Shown here: positions 61,363-64,000 of the stretch, piece after piece
How the letters are laid out: each line of letters starts with the position of its first letter
How positions within the stretch are numbered: the stretch's first letter is position 1
Source: Novosphingobium sp.
GTDB taxonomy: Bacteria; Pseudomonadota; Alphaproteobacteria; Sphingomonadales; Sphingomonadaceae
Assembly (NCBI GenBank): GCA_017987575.1
Contig: JAGNTK010000001.1
Location: forward strand, 46,160-110,159
Direction: 5' to 3'
Length of the DNA: 64,000 bases
Program-made: the position numbers and the translations under genes
Notes under the pieces: generated by a model
Told to the model about the DNA's origin: nothing
The model's database searches: none
What the model saw: the letters and a program-made list of their open reading frames with translations, nothing else

Positions 61363-61476
61363 CAGGGTTTCTCTCCTTGGTGCGCCAATCGCCTCCGCGC
61401 GTGGCTGGCAATACACCCACCCTAACACCGCCCGAACACATGGCCAGCGCCGCGCGGTTGACGCTACGGAATGGAC

Positions 61477-61511
61477 TTGACTCACGCCAGTCATGTTATA
61501 CTATTACATTC
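61477..61511 (+). promoter_or_regulatory. Promoter with Zur-like operator
   Basis: TTGACT at 61477; ATGTTATACTATTACAT (61493-61509) matches the Zur-type palindrome ATGTTATA-N-TATAACAT with one mismatch. Confidence 0.6.
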
Positions 61512-61581
61512 ATTACCCGTCGCTCCGGTGCGACTCGGGCAAACCGGCCACCGGGCGATCCCACCACAAGGAGAGGATGCC

Positions 61582-62259
61582 ATGGCCTATACCGATACTG
61601 CGGGCGCCAGCCGCACACTGGGAACCGGAGCTGCCGTGCTGGCGATCGAAGCCGGCCTTGCGCTGGCACTGATCACCGGCCTCGCCACCACGATCACGCC
61701 GGCCCGCGATCGCGGGTTCGAGGCGACCAACATCCCCCTGCCCAAGCCAAAAGACCCGCCTCCGCCCGAGGCCAGGGACTCCGTGCGCAAGGACCCGAGC
61801 GTGCTCGACCGGCCCGATACCCTTATCAAGCTGCCCCCTGCCCCCGGCGATACCGCCCTGCCTGAGCTGGTCCTCGAATCCGGCAATGACGGGACCGAGG
61901 CTGTGGGAGAAGCGAAGTTCCCGATGCCTGAACCCAGCACCTCCCCGCCCCCGCTGTTCAAGCCGAAGGCTGCCGCGCCCAAGGGCCTGTGGCAGCAATG
62001 GGTCACCACCAATGACTACCCGACCCACGATCTGCGCGCCGAGCATCAAGGCACCACACGTTATCGCCTGAGCATCGACACCGCCGGACGGGTGACCCAT
62101 TGCGCCGTTACCGCATCAAGCGGCTGGCCGGGGCTCGACAAGGCAGCTTGCGACCGGGTCAGCAACCGCGCCCGGTTTGAGCCCGCCAGCGACCAGACCG
62201 GCGCACGGGTGGCGAGCAGCTTTTCCGGCTCCGTTACCTGGCAGATACCGCGGGATTGA
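61582..62259 (+). CDS. TonB-family energy transducer
   Basis: N-terminal TM, Pro-rich linker, TonB_C DYP....QGTT.YRL.ID..GRV..C.V..SSG...LD.AAC; start 61582 behind AGGAG. Confidence 0.85.
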   Translation: MAYTDTAGASRTLGTGAAVLAIEAGLALALITGLATTITPARDRGFEATNIPLPKPKDPPPPEARDSVRKDPSVLDRPDTLIKLPPAPGDTALPELVLESGNDGTEAVGEAKFPMPEPSTSPPPLFKPKAAAPKGLWQQWVTTNDYPTHDLRAEHQGTTRYRLSIDTAGRVTHCAVTASSGWPGLDKAACDRVSNRARFEPASDQTGARVASSFSGSVTWQIPRD

Positions 62260-62279
62260 GGACTGCGGGATCGGCCAGA

Positions 62280-62307
62280 GCCCCGCCCGGCCCCAACCGG
62301 GCGGGGC
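62280..62307 (+). terminator. GC-rich hairpin after the tonB-like gene
   Basis: GCCCCGCCCGG-CCCCAA-CCGGGCGGGGC; no U-tract. Confidence 0.45.
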
Positions 62308-62445
62308 ACCGCTGAAAGCGACTTGATCCCATCAACTGGAATGCATATTCTGCTGCCAATCGGGGCAAGTGCAACCTCCCGGTCAGGCTCCGGCCCAAGC
62401 GTTGCCTTTCTTGCAGTCCGTACAAAACGGACCGAAAGGCTATGA

Positions 62446-63768
62446 ATGCTTGACCCTTCAATCTCCAGCACCCCCACTTTCGCCGAACTGGTCCGCGTTT
62501 CCGCGCGGATCGGCTGTCTCAGTTTTGGCGGTCCTGCGGGGCAGATCGCGCTGATGCACCGCGAATTCGTGGAGGAACGCGGCTGGATTGATGAGGAGCA
62601 ATACCTCACCGCGCTCAATTTCTGCCACCTGTTGCCGGGGCCAGAGGCGCAGCAGCTGGCGACATGGATCGGGTGGAAGCTGCACGGCGTCCGGGGCGGA
62701 CTGGTTGCTGGCCTGCTGTTTGTCATTCCTGGCGCGCTGGTGATCCTCGCGCTCTCGGTTCTCTATGGCTACGCCGCTCGGCTCGAATGGTTCGCGGCGC
62801 TGTTTCTGGGGATCAAGGCGGCGGTGCTGGCGATCATCGTGCAGGCGCTGCTGCGGATCGCCGGGCGAACGCTGGGCACGCCGTTCAAGCGCGGGATTGC
62901 TGCCGCTGCCTTCATTGCGCTGGCAGCCTTCGCGCTGCCCTTCCCGCTGGTGGTGCTTGGCGCAGGCATCGTCGGAGCGATCACCGCCGCGCTGCGCCCC
63001 GATTGGCTCGCACTGAAACCTAACACCGCCGCCCCGCCCAGCTCCCCGCGCCCCTGGGGCCGAAGCCTGCGCACGATCGCGGTCGCCGGTGCGCTATGGG
63101 CGGCACCTATGGTTGCGGTATTCCTGCTGCTCGGACCGGATCACGTACTGTGGAAGATCGGCGCGTTCTTCTCACAATTGGCGGTGGTGACCTTTGGCGG
63201 AGCCTATGCCGTGCTGGCCTACATGGCACAGACCGCCGTGCAGGATTTTGGCTGGCTTAGCGCCGGGGAAATGGCTGATGGGCTGGGCCTTGCCGAAACC
63301 ACGCCGGGGCCGCTGATCATGGTCACGCAATTCGTCGGCTATGTCGCCGCCTTCCGTGCGCCAGAGCCGTTCTCGCCGCTGGTAGCAGGATTGATCGGTG
63401 CGGCGCTGACCACTTGGGTAACCTTCGTGCCCTGCTTCTTGTGGATCTTCACGCTGGCACCTTGGATGGAGCGGTTGGAACATGCCCAAAACATCAAAGG
63501 CGCGCTGGCTGCCATTACAGCGTCAATCGTGGGGGTGATTGGAAGTCTGGCCTTGTGGTTTGCGGTGCATTTGCTGTTCGGACAATCGGCCATGGTCAGC
63601 TGGGGCCCGCTCAATCTGTCCTTGCCGGTGCTGACCAGCCTTGACTGGCGCGCGGCGCTGCTTGGGACGTTCGCCGCCGTGCTGATCTTCCGCCTCGACT
63701 GGAGCGTGATCAGAACCCTGCCGCTCGCCGCACTGGGAGGATTACTGTTAAGTCTGGTAACGCTTTGA
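62446..63768 (+). CDS. chrA: Chromate efflux transporter (long-chain CHR)
   Basis: SFGGPAGQIALMH, LLPGPEAQQLA, second repeat TFGGAYAVL ... ETTPGPLIMV. Confidence 0.92.
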   Translation: MLDPSISSTPTFAELVRVSARIGCLSFGGPAGQIALMHREFVEERGWIDEEQYLTALNFCHLLPGPEAQQLATWIGWKLHGVRGGLVAGLLFVIPGALVILALSVLYGYAARLEWFAALFLGIKAAVLAIIVQALLRIAGRTLGTPFKRGIAAAAFIALAAFALPFPLVVLGAGIVGAITAALRPDWLALKPNTAAPPSSPRPWGRSLRTIAVAGALWAAPMVAVFLLLGPDHVLWKIGAFFSQLAVVTFGGAYAVLAYMAQTAVQDFGWLSAGEMADGLGLAETTPGPLIMVTQFVGYVAAFRAPEPFSPLVAGLIGAALTTWVTFVPCFLWIFTLAPWMERLEHAQNIKGALAAITASIVGVIGSLALWFAVHLLFGQSAMVSWGPLNLSLPVLTSLDWRAALLGTFAAVLIFRLDWSVIRTLPLAALGGLLLSLVTL

Positions 63769-63835
63769 ATTTACCAACCGATTGTTAACCGGCAGGGTCT
63801 AAAGCGGCGCGGTAACGATTGAACGAGCACCTCAA

Positions 63836-64000
63836 ATGCAAAGCCCTGTTTTTCCATCCGAAACGCTCTCGGCGCTAGCCGCTGCCTATCCAGCGATGCC
63901 GATCAAGGTGAAGCACAACCTGTGCGGCCACCCTCTGCTGACACTGGAGGCGTTGGCCGAACTGGCCGAAGCCCTGCCCGAGCACGAGATCGAATATAAC
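63836..64000 (+). CDS. 5' part of a probable cupin/JmjC-like protein (runs off the window)
   Basis: Hand translation MQSPVFPSETLSALAAAYPAMPIKVKHNLCGHPLLTLEALAELAEALPEHEIEYN; H.L..HPLL.LEALA.LA..LP pattern. Confidence 0.55.
   Translation, partial: MQSPVFPSETLSALAAAYPAMPIKVKHNLCGHPLLTLEALAELAEALPEHEIEYN

Noticed and set aside
62446-63768. chrA as part of an acquired metal-resistance island
   Set aside because: No chrB/chrC or mobility genes, and composition matches the host.
1-64000. tRNA, rRNA or riboswitch genes
   Set aside because: No cloverleaf, rRNA or recognisable riboswitch consensus found in the intergenic regions by eye; a cmscan/tRNAscan run would be decisive.

Overview
GC-rich alphaproteobacterial chromosome segment. 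Gene content, gene order and protein sequences point to Sphingomonadales (Novosphingobium/Erythrobacter-like); this is inference, not a database result. About 34.4-56 kb is the core str-S10-spc-alpha ribosomal protein supercluster on the minus strand (rpsL to rplQ, with fusA, tuf, secY, adk and rpoA). It is interrupted by an opposite-strand GT-C membrane glycosyltransferase between rpmD and rplO, a CGTC-type palindromic repeat pair between rpsL and rpsG, and a 226-nt highly structured spacer with a possible pseudoknot between rpsJ and rplC. The left half holds cobS, a membrane GGDEF protein, an 8-gene TetR/VOC/DUF1428/GFA/GST/SRPBCC stress cluster (TetR operator plus an internal LexA-type box), dnaJ-domain/bolA, a frameshifted ltrA, hisG-hisD-nusB-thiL-hppA, a divergent DUF1190/YgiC-like pair, tesB, uvrC, a WS/DGAT with a histone-like tail coupled to a lipase, two paralogous secreted proteins sharing a promoter motif, and a prolyl oligopeptidase. 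Just upstream of rpsL is an accessory module: a 1098-aa single-chain restriction-modification enzyme transcribed divergently from a 100-aa protein carrying a clamp-binding-like motif, with three abutting palindromes between them, followed by a small-terminase-like HTH gene. The window ends with a GST, a tonB-like gene behind a Zur-like box, chrA and a partial cupin-like gene. No tRNA, rRNA, CRISPR array, integrase or transposase was seen. All family assignments are from motif recognition by eye.
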